A stretch of 64,000 nt of DNA, counting the filler, from Porpidia crustulata (taxonomy: Eukaryota): assembly GCA_964255105.1 (NCBI GenBank). It is 5 parts of 5 records of this genome, joined end to end, with 100 filler letters (N's around TTAATTAATTAA, not from the genome) between each part and the next. Parts side by side here need not be neighbours in the genome. Positions count along the whole stretch, not along the records: positions 51,422 to 64,000 come from CAXUWE010000509.1; 4 more parts are not named here. One strand, written 5' to 3'. The notes beneath the pieces were generated by a model. It worked only from the letters and a program-made list of their open reading frames with translations. It did not search any database and was not told the DNA's origin. This document shows, one piece after another, positions 51,322 to 64,000 of this stretch (its first letter is position 1; each line of letters opens with the position of its first letter). A program made the position numbers and the translations under genes.

Positions 51322-51421
51322 NNNNNNNNNNNNNNNNNNNNNNNNNNNNNNNNNNNNNNNNNNNNTTAATTAATTAANNNNNNNNNNNNNNNNNNNNNNN
51401 NNNNNNNNNNNNNNNNNNNNN
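51322..51421. other. Assembly spacer
   Basis: 100-bp N spacer with TTAATTAATTAA. Confidence 0.99.
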
Positions 51422-51881
51422 TTTCTTTCGCTCTAGATCAGCTCCTTGTAGAAACTTTGATTGTAGTATATCTGAAAGACGTCGAACGAACTCATATGAC
51501 CAGTTTTTACCTGGCTGTTTTCCAGATATAGTATATGCAAAAACACGAATCATGGCATTGGGAAGAGGTATACCACGTTCGGTAAGCTTGTTGATATAGT
51601 GAATAAGCTCTTTTTCTTGTTGGTTCGAAAGAATTGACGTCGTTTGCTTGCTTTCCTTCACGGAGGCGGTTATACCCCTATGTCGTCGCGACAGCGTGCT
51701 TCGATTGATATTGAATTTCTTTGCAGTTGCAGTGTAATTAGGTGACTCTTGCAAAGCTAGATCTGCAAGCGCTGCCGCAATTGCAGCCATATTGAATTTC
51801 TAATTGATTTTTGAAGAAAGATGAAAGTAGTAAAGTGGGGTGTGCACGGGACCGGAACGTGCACGGGCCCGGGAATACTCC
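51422..51881 (-). mobile_element. 5' end of a Fot1/pogo-type (Tc1-mariner superfamily) DNA transposon with transposase N-terminus (ORF from 51790)
   Basis: psq-like HTH (NYTATAKKFNINRSTLSRRHRG) and CENP-B-like HTH (LSNQQEKELIHYINKLTERGIP...PGKNWSYEFVRR). Putative terminal repeat at 51842-51881 with two CCCGTGCAC direct repeats, next to a TA at 51882-51883. Confidence 0.88.
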
Positions 51882-51929
51882 TAGAGTAGCGGCATAAAAA
51901 AGTTTCCAAGCTCAGAGATCAGTAAAAGT

Positions 51930-54900
51930 ATGGTGAAATCTTACTTGTAAGTGCGTCTTCTCTGGATACCGAAAAAAGGAGAGTTAAGACGCTGACTACT
52001 GGATCTGCAGAAAATATGAGCAGTCCAAAACTTTTGGGATCATAACATCCTCTTCTGCAAATGCTATTTGGAGCCCTGGAGAACCTGTTCAGAATGTCGG
52101 ACTTCGCTCATCAGGTGCAGGCAGAGCTGTGGTCGGCGCTGCCGAGGAGGTTCTATGCTGGGACCTAAAGAAGGGGGAGCTTCTGCGTCGGTGGAAAGAC
52201 AACGATTGCAATGCAGAGGTGACAACAATTGCCCGTAGTAAAGCAGATCCAGATATTTACGCTGTTGGGTGAGTCTGTCAATCTGTGGACCCGAAATAGT
52301 ACAAATTCATTATATGTGGCTGTAGGTATTCAGATGGCAGTATTAGGCTTTGGGATTCTAGGATAGCTACAGTTGTAATCAGCTTCAATGGTCATCGGTC
52401 GGCAATCACGAAACTGGATTTCGACAAAGACGGAGTTCGTCTGGCAAGTGGATCTAAAGATACAGATATCATCATTTGGGACTTAGTTGCAGAAGTTGGA
52501 TTATTCAAGTTACGCGGACACAAGGACCAGATTACGGCTTTGCAATTCCTGCAACCCCCTGAAAGCGAGGGAGAAACGAATGGCAGTCACAGCAATGGAG
52601 ATGGGCCATCGCATCATGGAACTGCAAACGGTCAGGGAGGCCATGCTGGGTTTCTACTCTCAACAAGTAAAGATTCTCTGATCAAGATTTGGGACATTGA
52701 GTCTCAGCAATGCATAGAAACGCATGTGGCACAGACGAATGGCGAATGTTGGGCCATGGGAGTATCTCCCGATCTCTCAGGTTGCGCTACTGCTGGTAAT
52801 GATGGAGAAATGAAGGTTTGGTCCATTGATATAAGAGGACTACAAGAGGCAGTGCGGCGGATTACAGAAGATTCGGATCGAATCTATCTACGAGAACGTG
52901 GTTCGCTGTACAGAAAAAGCAAAGACAGAGCTCTCGGAGTCAGCTTTCATCCTCGAGGGAACTATATCGCCGCCCACGGCTCTGAAAAAGCCGTCGAGAT
53001 TTGGAAAATACGCTCGGAGACCGAAGTTCAGAAAACGTTGGCGAGAAAAAGACGAAGACGGCGTGAAAAAGCATCGACAATAGCTACTCTTGCTCAAGAC
53101 GATGGGACACAAGAAGCCCCGACCGGGGAAGACGGGATTATTGAAGATATTACGTCTGCAGACATAACAGATATCATTGTCCACTGTGTTATTGTACGAA
53201 CAGGCGGAAAGGTCCGGTCTATCGATTGGGCCGGCGGAAGACCAAGCAAGGCTCTACAGCTTCTAGTCGCGACTTCGAACAATGAGTTGGAGCTTTACAG
53301 CATAGTGGTGAAAAAGGAAGAAAAAAAGCCCAGAGTGGACGAGCCACCGGATTATACTCGTACTTTCTCAGTTGATATGCCGGGCCATCGTACAGACGTC
53401 AGATCCCTGGCTCTGAGCTCGGACGACAGAATGCTTGCATCTGCAAGTAATGGCAATCTGAAAGTGTGGAACGTTCGGACACAGAGCTGTATAAGAACGC
53501 TAGGCTGTGGCTATGCCCTATGCTCGGCATTCCTCCCTGGGGATAAGATCGTTGTGGTTGGTAATCGAGACGGAGAGCTCGAGTTGTTTGATATCGCGTC
53601 TTCAACCCTCATTGAGACTGTGAAAGCACACGAAGGACCGGTCTGGACTATGCATGTGCATCCAGATGGCAGGTCAATCGCAACGGGTAGTGCAGATAAA
53701 TCTGTCAAATTCTACAATTTCGAGGTTATCCACGAGGAAATTCCTGGCACCAAGCGTACAACGCCTCGCTTCAAGCTGGTCCATATCCGTACTCTTAAAG
53801 TCACTGATGACATCCTCAGTGTACGATTCTCCCCCGACTCCCGACTAGTTGCTCTTTCTCTACTTGATAATACTGTCAAAATATTCTTCGTGGATTCGTT
53901 GAAACTATTCCTCAATCTATACGGCCATAAACTACCTGTACTTTGCATGGACATCTCTTACGATAGTAAATTGATCGTGACCTGTTCCGCCGATAAGAAT
54001 GTCAGACTTTGGGGTCTCGACTTTGGTGATTGCCATAAGGCTTTCTTTGCGCATCAAGACAGCATTATGCAGGTAGCATTCGTACCTCACAACCAAGACG
54101 GTAACGGACATCACTTTTTCAGTGCGAGCAAAGACCGAATGATCAAATACTGGGACGGCGATAAATATGAGCAAATACAAAAGTTGCAAGGCCACCACGG
54201 AGAGATCTGGGCACTAGTTGTAAGCCGAACTGGCGAGTTTCTTGCAACTGCCAGCCATGACAAGAGCATCCGAATCTGGCAGCAAACAAACGAACAAATT
54301 TTCCTGGAGGAGGAGCGTGAGAAAGAATTAGAGGATCTTTACGAAAGCACCCTCACAACTTCTTTAGAACAAGACGATGAAATTGGTGGAGAGAAATCCG
54401 AGGTTACGAGCGCAGGTAAGCAAACAAATGAAACGCTCATGGCAGGCGAGAAAATCGCCGAAGCGCTGGAAGTTGGCATTGTTGATCTAGCAATCATGCA
54501 AGAATGGAGCCAGGCAAAACTCACACAGCCCAATCTTGCCCCTCCTGCTCGTGATCCAATATTCTTGGCTTACAACAACATTTCCGCTGAAGCACACGTA
54601 CTTGCAGTCGTGCAAAAGATTAAAGCTGCCGCGCTTCAAGATGGCCTCTTGGTGCTCTCTTTCGATAAATTACCGGCACTATTGACCTTTCTCAACATAT
54701 GGGCCGAAAGGCAATGGAATCTGGCCCTCACATGCCGAATCCTATTCTTTATGCTCAAAACTCATCACAAGCAGATAGTAGCGAGCCAGAAAATGAGGCC
54801 GATGCTAGAAGGAATTCGTTCCCATCTACGGACGTCGTTGCAAACGCAAAAGGATGAGATGGGCTTCAATCTTGCGGCTTTGAGATTTATTGGAAGCAGA

Positions 54901-55002
54901 ATCCAGGAGAAAGGCACGATACAATACATTGATAACGCGGTGTGGGATGACGAGGCTCTGGGGAAAGGCAAGAAAAAGAGAGCTTTTGTAGATACAGCTT
55001 GA
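51930..55002 (+). CDS. DIP2: U3 snoRNP/SSU processome WD40 protein Dip2/Utp12, 3 exons
   Basis: MVKSYL start; introns ~51947-52010 and ~52269-52325; LYGHKLPVLCMDISYDSKLIVTCSADKNVRLWGLDFGDCHK; IFLEEEREKELE; C-terminal Utp12 domain. Confidence 0.96.
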
Positions 55003-55173
55003 TTAGCTAGCTAAATACTCATAACGTTGTAAAAACAGAAAGGACTGTACAAGCTAAGACCCTTGTCACCTGCATAGAAACGCGATAGGGCTTCGCGATC
55101 ACGCGTGCTTTGGTGCTTTTCGATAACTTGATTAGGTGATTAGGTAGCCTGTCAAGCTTGATACCACTCAAGC

Positions 55174-56036
55174 ATGCGATGGCCATGGCGGTCTTCCACC
55201 ACCTCAGACGATCGAGATAATAAGCCAGGCTCTGTGAGCTGGACAGACTCCCTCAATGCCACAGACTGGAAGCACTACACCGATCCCCGCACAGTTATAC
55301 CCACCATCATCCTCACAGGAAGTGCCTTGCTCCTTACTCGCTTCCATCGCTCATATCTACGTCGCATACCTCAAGCAGCCAGCATTCAGCCCAATTTCTG
55401 GCGAAAGCGCAGTCTATTTGGCAGAGTTACTAGCGTAGGAGATGGCGATAATTTCAGGATGTTCCACACTCCAGGAGGACGATTGGCGGGTTGGGGTTGG
55501 CTGCCCGGACGAAGAGTTCCAGAAAGGAGAGAGGATCTGAAGGACAGGACTGTACGTTCCGTTCGAGTGCTTTCAAAGCGCGATGTCTGAAATGGAACAT
55601 CCTGACATAAGGAGCGGTTGGGTAGATCCATGTCCGTCTTGCAGGAGTTGACGCTCCCGAACTCGCCCATTTCGGTCGTCCATCGCAGCCTTTTTCACAA
55701 GAAGCTATCGACTGGCTCACTCACTACGTGCTACAAAAACGAGTACGTGCTTACGTTTACAAACGTGACCAATACGATCGGGCGGTTGCTACGGTTTATG
55801 TGAGGAAGTGGCTCTTGAGAAGGGATATAGGCTTGCAAATGCTGCGGATGGGCCTGGCGACTGTATATGAAGCTAAGACTGGAGCAGAATTTGGAATGCT
55901 AGAGGAGAAGTACAGGAAAGCGGAAAGGTGGGCGAAGTTGAAGAGGAAGGGCATGTGGGGAGGGAAGAAGGCAGATTTTGAGAGCCCACGAGATTACAAG
56001 ACCAGAATGCAAAATAAAGAAATAGAAAAGAAGTGA
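55174..56036 (+). CDS. LCL3: Staphylococcal-nuclease-like endonuclease Lcl3, 2 exons
   Basis: [27 protein letters not shown]; intron 55552-55626; [23 protein letters not shown] and [15 protein letters not shown]. Confidence 0.93.
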
Positions 56037-56475
56037 CACTGGACCCCCACTTGCAATGTTCATGGGACCACGAGAAGTGATATTGTTCATGCTAAAGTTG
56101 TGGCCCATCCAATAGTTATGCCGCACCCTGATAAAAAGTGGTAATATTGCTGTACATAATTTGGAGGTAGCGAGAGGATACTCATGCAAAGTAGATATCG
56201 ATTCAGAGAATTTTTATGCTGCCTAACGAACGCATGCAGATAAGATCATTCTTGATGCTGGTCTTTATTTAGATATCTCCATACTTGGCTAGTAGACTTC
56301 CTTTGTTCCTTGGTAGGGTTCGCCTCTCGCTCGTCAGCCACTCGAGCCACGCCAACCGCAGATCAGGCACCACCCTACTCTAAGTTCACCTATTTTGACT
56401 CGCATCCTCCATTGCCGGTCAAGCCCAGACCCTGTCCGGCCTACATTCTCTCAGTCTATTCTAAGCTACTGCATC

Positions 56476-57881
56476 ATGAAGAAACTCGGCTTTGGAAAGA
56501 AGGGCGAGAAAAGTGACGGCAGCGAAGAGTCTAACCGCTCAGCTCTCTTTGGCTCACGATCTAAAAACAAATCACCAAATCCCTCGGCAAACCCCTACGC
56601 ACAACCTACTTCGGCTAGCGATCCGTACTTACAAGCAAAATCCAATGCATACACGCCTGGGCCTCGCCCAAATTCGTCAACCATGGGCTCGTCGCCAGGT
56701 CCAACTAGTGGGGGCTACGGGGGGATGAACGGTGGTGGGTATGGGGGTATGCAGAATGCAGGTAGAGTGGACTATGATTCTACGAGTGATGCTCGTGGTG
56801 GATATGGAGCTGGAAGCTACGGATCTCAAGCTGGTTACGGAGCGGATAGATACGGGTCTGGGTCACAAAGTTCTGGTGCTGGGGGCTCAAGGTATGGTGC
56901 TGGTGGCTATGGAGGTCTAGGACCCGTCGAAGGCCATGATTCAACCATAGACGACAAACGAAGTGCTCTTTTCGGAGGAGCAAAGGAACGCTTACAACAA
57001 CAAACACAACAGTCAGCTGGTATGGGGCAACCACCCCCATACGAAGAAGGACAGTCAGGGGCTTATGCCAACGGAGGGGACCAAGGCTACAACGCGTACG
57101 GGGATCGCCAGCTAACGGCAGAGGAGGAAGAGGAAGAGGAGGTGACCGCAGCAAAGCAAGAGATTCGCTTTATGAAGCGAGAAGATGTCTCCTCGACTCG
57201 TAATGCCCTTCGTATCGCTGCCCAAGCTGAAGAGACGGGACGTGACACACTAGCCCGTATCGGAGCTCAAGGCGAGCGCATCCACAACACGGAGAAGAAC
57301 CTTGACCTTACTGCCAATCACAACCGTATCGCCGAAGAGAAGGCCAAGGAATTAAAGACCCTCAACAAAAGCATGTTTGCCGTTCACGTCTCCAATCCCT
57401 TCACAGCCTCTTCGAGAGCGCGCCAAAGAGATGACGATGTCATGGAAAAGCATCGGATGGAGAGGGCTGAGCGTGAAGCGACAAGGAAAGCAGGCTATGA
57501 AAGCGAACAGCGCTTGCAGAGAACTTTCAAAGATCTTCAGCCCGGCGATGCCGGCTACAATGCGGCTAAGAAGCAATCAAGCCTGGCTGAGCGAGCGAAG
57601 TATCAATTTGAAGCGGATTCAGAGGACGAGGAGATGGAAAATGAGATCGACAGTAACCTCGACGCCTTAGGTGGAGCAGCTACTAGATTAAATGGTTTGG
57701 CAAAAGCGACGGGCAAGGAGCTCGACGAGCAGAATCGGCATCTTGAGAGAATTAATGCCAAGGTAAAGCAACATTTCTCGTCCATGAGTGTGCAACAGCA
57801 AAAAGCTGACAGGATGTTTAGAGCACAAAAGTGGATGATCAGATTGCAATGAACCGGGCGAGGCTGGATCGATTCCATTAG
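56476..57881 (+). CDS. SEC9: Plasma-membrane t-SNARE Sec9 (SNAP-25-like), 2 exons
   Basis: Gly/Tyr-rich N-terminus; Qb motif KQEIRFMKREDVSSTRNALR...LNKSMFAVHVSNPF; Qc motif YQFEADSEDEEMENEIDSNLD. Intron 57762-57821. Confidence 0.95.
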
Positions 57882-60800
57882 ACTAGAATACGGAGTGTCC
57901 GGCGGATGTTTATGGTATCGGTGTTGTACTATATTGTCTTGATAATGGAGCATGCAATACTGCTAGCACAGCTCCCAATTTACTGAATTGCTCGTTTTCT
58001 GAACACGCTTCGATCATACATTGATTTATAAGGCTATCGGCGATGCTACATCCAAGCTGGGAACCTGGCGAAATATCATGGTTGGTACCCCCAACGTTCC
58101 GGTTACCTCGTGCCCAAGCATCCGAAACCCCGGGAAAGATGGATCATCTACACGAAACACTGGGTAAAGAATTCACCGAAGAAACCACGGTGCTACCACG
58201 TACAGCAGGTTGGTTTGGCGTTGGCAAGCTGGGACTATTCATAATGATACCTAATGTTCATGAGGATTCGAAGACGCACAGTGATAACTCTAATTGTGCG
58301 TATGTACGGCGCAATTAGACTACCGCAATCGCCTCGAGTATTTGCTTGAGACCATCTCCCGCAATTTTGAGTTGCTGAGAGCCAGAGAGCCGAAGACTGG
58401 ACGTATGAACTGCCAATGCTTGTGAATACCGATTAGGGAAGGTCCAGCATACATATTGCACTTTGGGACAGCGGACGGAATGCATAAAAGCTCTTCTTGG
58501 CCAACCTAGAGTATACTCTACTCGCCAGTGGCAAAATCACGATCAATCTAAGAGGAACGCATGCCTGTCAGACTACTGCATACTACCAGAATAGAAAAAC
58601 TTCTACAAGGAAAGCAATAGCAATGCCACTGGACTAGAAGAACAATACTGCAAGTGCAGATTAATAGCAACGCAGATCACTTGTTCGCTATCTTCCGGAT
58701 GAACAGGATCGTCTACCTTAAAATCGTTCAGAGCTGCCACGAGCTCGCAAGCAAACGCCACTCTCAGGACCTTCCTCCTAGCCCCTGGAGAACAACAACC
58801 CACGCTACTGCCCCGCAGTGAGGAGAAATTGGTGAAGAGAAAAAGCTTATAAACAGCCCCCATTGTTCGCTCATTGCTCCCATTCGTCGCCGGGTCGTCT
58901 TACTGGATTCGAAACGGTAGCTTGAGGTTGTATCTTGCCAACTCATTCCGAAAAAGTGCAGGCTTGCAAAGGGAATGTAGTGTGATACTGAATGATACAA
59001 AACGTGCAAATAGCGTTACATACTGTAGAGTACAGTCGTAGCCCTCATTCTACCAACATGCTGGGCCGAGTGAGTGCGGAATACGGAATTCCGATTGTAT
59101 CTCGTTCGTGGTTGGATGTAAGACTTTCTTCAACCGGGGACTCGTCACTAGTATCAATGAGGGAGGTTGTCGTCTTGATTAGGCGCGATTGCAATTATGA
59201 GCTCTGGTCCAGCAACCAATGATTCTTCAGTGACGAGCTCGATGGAGCAAGCCGGTAATGGAACGGTGGAAGCTGTACTCCTTTCTGACAGGATGGCGTA
59301 AAGCCCGTGTTTCGCCAATTCCTCATGGCTGACGCACCCAAATGTACAATGACGTGGGGCGCAAGACCCCTCTTCCACTCTTTTCCCTCCCGACTCCCGT
59401 CAACCCCCAAAATGACTAAGTTACTGCGTCGGCACCTTACCGGATTTCGATGTGACTAAAGTGAATTGATTACACGTATCAACGTACTGCGTTACAACGG
59501 GCTTCAAGCCAGCCGATGCGCCACTGAATGCAGGTGTCCGATTAGACCCCTGGCAGTACCTTAGGGCTTGGCGTACATTAGAGGGAGTTCCACAAGGAGA
59601 AGTGGGAGATAAGCATCGTCATTGCACAACTTAGTGGCCTCGTGTGATTTGACGGGCGTGGATCGTAGAATGCACAGACGGCCATTTGACGATGCAGAGA
59701 AACGACTTAATCATCACTGGGGATCAAGAGCGCAATGACTAAGGTCTCAGGTTGAAGGTCAATGGGTTCGAAAACATGTGTACTGATGAGCAAGACGATA
59801 CTGCTACTGCCACCACTACTAGCACACCTTTTCCAGTCACCCAGGTGTCTACGGAGTAGTAATGAACACAAAGGGAGAAATCATCAAAGCAATAGGATAC
59901 CGAGCAGCAGGGCCTGCACAATACTAAGCTGCCCCAAAAATGCAACAGGTCTGGCCGATAGCGGCCCCAGATTTTTCATGCGTGGATTTCTATCTATGTC
60001 ACTTTGAGTTTGTTCATCGAGATCCTAATGAAAAGATTGACCCGGAACAGCTTAATTCTTGGAAATGTTTCTAAATCGAGCGATTTGCCACTTCAACCTC
60101 AGAGGATATACCTACTCAACTACCAGGTCCGGATGACGGGTAGCCAGCAACAAGCAACAAGCAACAAGCACTGCTCGCTTGTACCCAGCCAATTAGTCTA
60201 TTACCGACAATAGATGGTACAGACCACGGTGCATGTATCCCAGCACCCAGTCCCATGGCCGGCGCCTGGTAGTGCAAAGACCACGCTCGAAATGCTCACG
60301 ACTGAATGGCAATGCTCAATTTCCCAGAGCACTGAAAGCGGATGCAGTGTACGACACCTCCAAGTCAGCACGGTGGACTCATGTTCCACAGTCATCAGCT
60401 TCTTGAAGCCTCCTCCCCAAGTCTTGTATGTTGTACTCCTCCAAGAGTAGATACATTGAATATCTGCTTTCCGCGGCCCGCATCGAGCGAGTCTATAAAA
60501 TCGGCATAGAACACCGCGTATCGTGGGTAAGAAGCAGTAGACCAGTAGGTAGGTAACGAAATAGAACCCCACTGAACACTCTCCCTACCTTCCTTCCCGA
60601 ACCAGCGTTTTCTCATAGGTACACACACGCAACTCATCTCAACATGGCCCACCATCATCCCCTTAAATCAAGGCCTTGATCCTGGTACGCTTTAGCCCCC
60701 GAGTTTAACGTCAACAGCGGGCAGTCAATCTAGAGGCGTTTTGGTGGCTTCGCATCTTACTATTTCTGGCCAAGCGGTGGGAGTCTTCGGCAAATTGACC

Positions 60801-61387
60801 TTGTACCCTGCAGACTGCAGATGCAGTACTTGGTGAACTGTGCAGGGATAATGGGATTGCAGTGGTTTGGTAAATAACGGAATCCCGCCTAGCGTGGTTG
60901 TTGTTACCAGCCCGTGGGCGGCTTTCTATACAAGCCATTGAAGCCACTAGCGGCCTCCCAACCTATCAATCTTTCTCCTTGTTACTTCACAGCACCTCAT
61001 AACGGAAGAACGACGTACTGGCCTTCATCTCCCGACCTCCGTTACCCTACCACCCTACCTAAACCCTTCCCCGTCCCCAGGAATAGTCTCGTACTTCTTT
61101 TTATCTAAAGACACCGACTTTCCCACATAGTTTTGCAGATCTACTTTATCTTGGAATATCCCCATATCTAGACCATCCTGCTGATCTTCAATCAGCTCGT
61201 CCAGAAATAATTATCCCACCAGCTATTCTTACATCAGGTCAACACGAACGAGTCCGCTACAAGGCATTCACTTATTATATCAATCCCACGACCGTTCACT
61301 ACACCATTCCCTTGAGTGACGCATTGTTGTTTTATCAATATCTTCACGCACATCGTTGCTCGAGTATTCCCCACCAAGATCTTCAGC

Positions 61388-62558
61388 ATGACAATGACAA
61401 TGGATCAACAACAAAACCGCCATCTCGGCGCCATAGGATTCGACAGCATGCCCTACGCAGCACCTCAGCCACAATTTACCAATCCTTGGTCCACCGCGAC
61501 TTCAGGCACATCCAATGCTCACCTCTTTGCTCCTTCCTTGGGATCAGGTAGTGTCGGCTTTGATGCGCTTGCCAAACAGGCCCCGCGAGCAAACACCGTC
61601 TCGATGGCTTATCCTTCCATGTCAATAAGCGCACCAGCAATGAACGCAACGAACGGGTATTCCAATGGACCTTACAACCAGGATTTACTAGGTCTACCGC
61701 AAGATTTGCTCACTCCTCGGTCGACATACGAACAAGCATACTCGAGCGCCCCCGCACCATCAAACAGCGCATATCCCCCAACGTCAGCGCCCTATATTGC
61801 GTCGTTTTCCGGTCTGCCACAGGATGAAAGACGTCTATCTCACCAGTAAGTCAATGTTGGCGTTCATCCCGCCATCGTGCTTGCTGACCCTCAGCCAGAA
61901 GTTCGGCATCTTCAGCACCATCCCACACATCTTTTGGCGACACGCTAGACGCTGGTCGGGGCATGGTTGCTATGAGCCAGGATCTGACAACCCCAAGAAA
62001 TATCTACGGACCGAGAAGTGATCGGGGATCACCAGACTCTTATGGCTTCCCTTCTTCGCACTCGACCCATTCCTCAATCTCTTCTACCAGCTCATATCCG
62101 TACTCTTACGCCGGATCAGTGGACTCGGCGTCCGTTTCCGACTACAGCTCTCAATCCGAAATGGAGCCAATGAACTCGCGAACATTGCCAAGACCCTCCG
62201 GCTTGGTCGGAGCCGGTCTTCCTCCTGCGCCGCAGTCCATGATGGGCCAATTCAACTCGAAAGTGTCTACGAGTACCCAGAAGAAGCATAAATGCAAAGT
62301 TTGTGACAAGCGCTTTACACGCCCGAGCTCGCTCCAAACACATATGTACAGCCACACAGGAGAAAAGCGTAAGCACAAGAAAATATCTTCTAGGCACAAC
62401 ATGATTCTGACTTTCATCTAGCATATGCTTGCGAAGCTGATGGCTGTGGACGACACTTTTCCGTCGTCTCGAACCTACGCCGTCACCGTAAAGTCCACAA
62501 GGGCGAACGGATCTCGGATCATGAATCTCCAGAAGGATCATGGGCATCCGAAAAGTGA
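61388..62558 (+). CDS. flbC: C2H2 developmental transcription factor FlbC/FLE1, 3 exons
   Basis: PPAPQSMMGQFNSKVSTSTQKKHKCKVCDKRFTRPSSLQTHMYSHTGEK/PYACEADGCGRHFSVVSNLRRHRKVH. Introns ~61846-61897 and 62369-62421. Confidence 0.88.
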
Positions 62559-64000
62559 GCTCGTCGCTGATGCTGCTTTTGATTCCTTCGCAACCGCAAG
62601 CAACGCTATGTGGTTCGCTGTGCATTTTGTGTGCGTCTAAGCGCATTGCCTTTGGAATGCATTTGAGCATGTGCCTTGCCGCACATTGTACCACCAACAT
62701 GATAGACATTGATTACATTTCTCATCTGTCGTTACTTGGTTTACATGCACGATTGGTCTATGAAGCGCGGCGTCACGGTTGCAGGTTGATCTTTGTACGA
62801 TACCAAATGGTTTTATACCCACTCTCGTTTTGGCGATTCGTGTTGTATGACTGTAAATATCTATTCCATGATTTATTCTCCGATTTGTATCGCTGCTTCT
62901 TGAATAAAGCTACCTTGTGCTTCTTTTGCCAATCCATTTTGGCTAGAACTATATGTGGCTCAAGATACTTCCAATGATAGCAGCTGCTTCATACATCTTA
63001 CCAGAAGGATCCGTCTACCAAAGTGAGCCTAAAAAACAATCTAACAAAGACCACCCACGACTGCGCAATTTGGGCGGTACAACAACCTATGTCCAAGCTT
63101 TTGCGATTATGGAACCATTACTACAAATAATGGATTTTACCGTATGCTCTGACACGATGCCAAACACAGCACAGCCTGTGAGTGACGAAGCTGCACGAGA
63201 TCCACCCAAGTTTCACGACAACACGACAAGACATCTCAGCTTCTAATAGCATCCCAGAGCTTAAAGACATTCTCGGACATGCGTACCAACTCCAGCGACA
63301 TCTCCTTCTCTGGCAGGTAATCTAAAGTTCGGTTTCAGATGGCTTAGGTTGTCGGACCCCAAATCACAAGCATAGGAACACCTTCTTATGATGGTTTAAA
63401 TCTTCGAACTCATAAACTAACAAACCCCACCGCGAGTCGTGCCGTCTCGTAAGGCAAGTGCTTACTCGGCGCACCACATGATCGTTCTTTCATTTCGATC
63501 AAAGGATCCCCTCTGCCGTCTTCATCTCTCCTTTACCAGATGACATTTCCCGCCACCACATCACGTGCCGTATCCTACCCCATCAACCACTACCGAGTCC
63601 GAGCGTCCACAAGCCAAGATCCAGCACCCTCCGGAGCGATGCAGATGGCCGGCTTAGCGAAAAGGCCCTGAAGATCGTGGGCTGCGTTTCATCAGCTCGA
63701 ATGGCGTCAGCGGCGTCGTACCTTGTTGCCTTTCGAGTACTGCTGTAACCTATGTATCCCTGACGTCCCGCTAGCTCGGCGGTATCGTTACCCTGCACGC
63801 TTGTCTTTGCTTCGTTGACCATGAGCTTGGGTGGGTTGCATGGGTTTCACCACTTATTCAGCCTGGCAGTTGTTTGCGCCGCATGTGCTTGCGGTGTGAC
63901 CTTCCCAATCGAGAATTCCCGGTCGGGAGCGATATCGGCGTGCTTTTCTTCTATTTCGACGGGGGGAGAGAGAAGAAGAAAGAAGCGCGCGAGTCAGGGT

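Noticed and set aside
56700..56920. Gly/Tyr repeats (YGAGSYGSQAGYGADRYG) resembling the Tyr-rich precursor
   Set aside because: Normal low-complexity N-terminus of Sec9; no signal peptide or Kex2 sites.
57900..61387. 3.5-kb gene-free region with short ORFs and a CAACAAG x3 repeat near 60147
   Set aside because: Consistent with the long upstream region of the developmental regulator flbC; no specific element can be supported.
63583..63822. 79-aa minus-strand ORF near the window end
   Set aside because: No motif and an upstream in-frame stop; possibly the tail of a gene outside the window, but unsupported.
1..64000. tRNA, rRNA, CRISPR arrays or prokaryote-type systems
   Set aside because: None recognised; the sequence is eukaryotic and intron-containing with no repeat-spacer array.

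Overview
Gene-dense, intron-containing DNA from a filamentous ascomycete (Pezizomycotina-type genes; short GT..AG introns with CTRAC-like branch sites). The window is not one locus. Four 100-bp N/TTAATTAATTAA/N spacers split it into contigs of 12,759, 12,759, 12,753, 12,750 and at least 12,579 bp, which look length-sorted and concatenated, so adjacency across spacers means nothing. Most genes are housekeeping: DDB1, RPC37/Rpc5, CLP1, EPS1-like PDI, NDUFA5, two C2H2 factors (RfeC-like and FlbC), DHODH, CHIP-like U-box, ELMO, REG1, a mitochondrial carrier, an F-box/WD40 protein, EB1, VAM7, DIP2/UTP12, LCL3 and SEC9. The most notable feature is a divergent two-gene cassette between DDB1 and RPC37. 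It pairs an 87-aa secreted Kex2/Ste13-type precursor carrying (Y-x-x)n tyrosine ladders with a UstYa/DUF3328 oxidase that has both HxxHC motifs. This is a candidate minimal fungal RiPP (dikaritin-like) system, flanked by two inverted-repeat elements and a decayed gene. Also of note: an apparent membrane-domain/BRCT fusion gene, a Fet3-like multicopper oxidase with no visible anchor or permease partner, a DHODH with a long Pro/Ser/Thr insertion, and a Fot1/pogo transposon end about 50 bp upstream of DIP2. Exon boundaries were read by eye and gene names come from recognised motifs, not database searches.
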